From: Candidatus Binataceae bacterium
GTDB taxonomy: Bacteria > Desulfobacterota > Binatia > Binatales > Binataceae
DNA: 64,000 bases
Direction: 5' to 3'
NCBI GenBank assembly: GCA_030041155.1
Contig: JASHOJ010000157.1
Location: forward strand, 8,328 to 72,327
In this document: one piece after another, positions 62,605 through 64,000 of the stretch
Layout of the letters: each line of letters starts with the position of its first letter
Numbering within the stretch: the first letter of the stretch is position 1
Position numbers and translations under genes: made by a program
The notes under the pieces: generated by a model
Told to the model about the DNA's origin: nothing
The model's database searches: none
The model's input: only the letters and a program-made list of their open reading frames with translations

Positions 62605-64000
62605 TTAGCGCGTCGGGTTTGATCCTCCGAGTGGCGGAAGCGGCACTGTGATTCCGCCATAAACCGCGCGGCGCGGTCCGTAGCCAGGCTGAAAAATTCC
62701 GATTCCGGTGCCGTTGCGAAGCTCGTTGATATGATCGGTTACGTTGACCAGCACGACGCGAGTTTTGACCTCGCCGAGCTTGGGCACCTGCCATCCTTTC
62801 ACCGCCGCAAGATCGATTTCGTAGTTCTGCGGCAGCTCTTCGGTATTGGCAAAGCCGGCGCGCAGCCCGCTTCCATAGGTGCCGACGAGGCTGAACAGAT
62901 AGCTCCTCCATTTGTAGGTAATTCCGCCGGAAGCGGTGTAGAACTGCGAATGATCGAGATAGATATAATGATCTTTGATAAACGCCTGCTCAGCCGGAGT
63001 AAAGTTGAACTGGCCGCTTACGACGTCATTGCCCTGCGCGACCGAGTAAGTGAAGTTTGCGCGCACGGTCAGATTTTCCCAGGTGTAAACCGCGCTGCTT
63101 TCGGAGCCATAGATCCGCCCGTGCGCATAGTTGAATGGCACGAAAATCGGCACGAACCCGAACTGTCCCAGATCGATCAAATCCTGCGAGAGACGGAAAT
63201 ACGCATTCTCCTCGAGAGTCAGGTGAGGCCCGAAGTGATGCATCACGCCGGCGTCCCAGTAATAGTCCTTCTCCGGCAGCGGCGACAGTCCGCCCGGCTC
63301 GACCGCCGCGGTCGTATCCTTGAATTTGTCAAAGCTCTTGGGGGAAATAGTTTGAAAGTCCGGCGTCTGAAAATAGCGCGCGAATCCCGCATGCAGGGCC
63401 GTGTCACTCCTCGGCTGATAGAGCAGGTTGATTCGCGGGCTTAGCATGTTGTTGTTGATTATTCCGGTCACCGCGTCCCATCTAAGCCCTCCGGTCAGCG
63501 TCAACTGCTCATTTATCTTCCAGATGTCCTGCGCATAGACGCCATAGAGCATGTCGATGTTGTTGGAATTGTCCACGATCGAAATTGGGGTGTCGCTGAT
63601 TTGCTTGCCTGACGAGTCGGTCGGAAACGCAAGCGTCGTGTCGTCGAGCTCAACTCCGTACTCGCCGACGTAAAAGCCGGCGCCGATATTGTGCACGCCC
63701 CACTTGCCGAGATCGAAGTCGCGCGATACGTCCGTCTGCAGCGTGTTGTCGAATTCGCTGTGAAAGGTCGTTGACGCCGCGCCCTGGTAAATCAGGTCGC
63801 CGACTGGATCGGGATTGAACTTGATGGTGCTATAAGCGCTCGTGTATGCGACCTGGTAGTTGATGCCGGGGCCGATAACGCCGCTCAGCGCCAGCACTCC
63901 GAAGTAGTAATTCTGATCCAGACTCTCGTCGATAGCGGTCGGCGGATACGACGCCGGACTGACTCCGGACAGCGTATACAGCGGCGGTAGCCCGGGTTGG
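62605..64000 (-). CDS. TonB-dependent receptor, C-terminal barrel (5' end outside the window)
   Basis: The frame stays open to nt 64000. Alternating beta-strand pattern rich in Y/G/N/D. Adjacent to tonB. Confidence 0.8.
   Translation of the reverse strand, partial: QPGLPPLYTLSGVSPASYPPTAIDESLDQNYYFGVLALSGVIGPGINYQVAYTSAYSTIKFNPDPVGDLIYQGAASTTFHSEFDNTLQTDVSRDFDLGKWGVHNIGAGFYVGEYGVELDDTTLAFPTDSSGKQISDTPISIVDNSNNIDMLYGVYAQDIWKINEQLTLTGGLRWDAVTGIINNNMLSPRINLLYQPRSDTALHAGFARYFQTPDFQTISPKSFDKFKDTTAAVEPGGLSPLPEKDYYWDAGVMHHFGPHLTLEENAYFRLSQDLIDLGQFGFVPIFVPFNYAHGRIYGSESSAVYTWENLTVRANFTYSVAQGNDVVSGQFNFTPAEQAFIKDHYIYLDHSQFYTASGGITYKWRSYLFSLVGTYGSGLRAGFANTEELPQNYEIDLAAVKGWQVPKLGEVKTRVVLVNVTDHINELRNGTGIGIFQPGYGPRRAVYGGITVPLPPLGGSNPTR

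Overview
GC-rich, gene-dense bacterial chromosomal window. It holds about 60 supportable CDS and one tRNA-Gly(CCC). I found no rRNA, no CRISPR array and no intact transposase or integrase. Taxon cannot be assigned by eye.

Gene content, left to right:
- 228-5606: a hypothetical gene, a small lipoprotein, two acyl-CoA dehydrogenases, a SAM methyltransferase and an MFS transporter.
- 5710-22067: a trehalose island. It contains a CUT1-type sugar ABC importer, a DUF5752-like gene translationally coupled to treT, a GH15 hydrolase, a ManC-like nucleotidyltransferase and treX-treY-treZ.
- 22261-26023: a membrane stress-protein operon (DUF883/YqjD-like, holin-X/YqjE-like), an orphan sigma-54 activator and csbD.
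- 26301-32994: a His-rich Ni/Co-type transporter, an SDR, and an ECF transporter operon that continues into an APH-fold kinase and a HAD phosphatase.
- 33179-37394: hicB plus a nonsense-inactivated hicA, an FmdB zinc ribbon, ispF, moeA and an SLT/LysM transglycosylase.
- 37647-40924: NtrB/NtrC-like genes with thiE.
- 41082-48255: three tandem about 750-aa polytopic membrane-protein paralogs plus a 5' remnant of a fourth copy.
- 48284-57622: ppgK, a purine permease, an ABC exporter and assorted enzymes.
- 57619-61719: a decaying accessory stretch beside tRNA-Gly, with a dead TA module, a 5'-truncated kinase bracketed by 56-nt direct repeats, and REP-like repeats.
- 61770-64000: tonB and a partial TonB-dependent receptor.

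Most notable observations:
- Five -24/-12 (sigma-54 type) promoter matches with exact spacing. Each lies just upstream of a stress or trehalose gene in the correct orientation, and two flank the orphan activator. This suggests a sigma-54-controlled trehalose/stress regulon.
- The triplicated GT-C-like membrane-protein array shows mosaic (gene-conversion) similarity.
- The ECF importer-kinase-phosphatase operon has an unidentified substrate.

All family assignments are motif recognition by eye and need HMM or BLAST confirmation.
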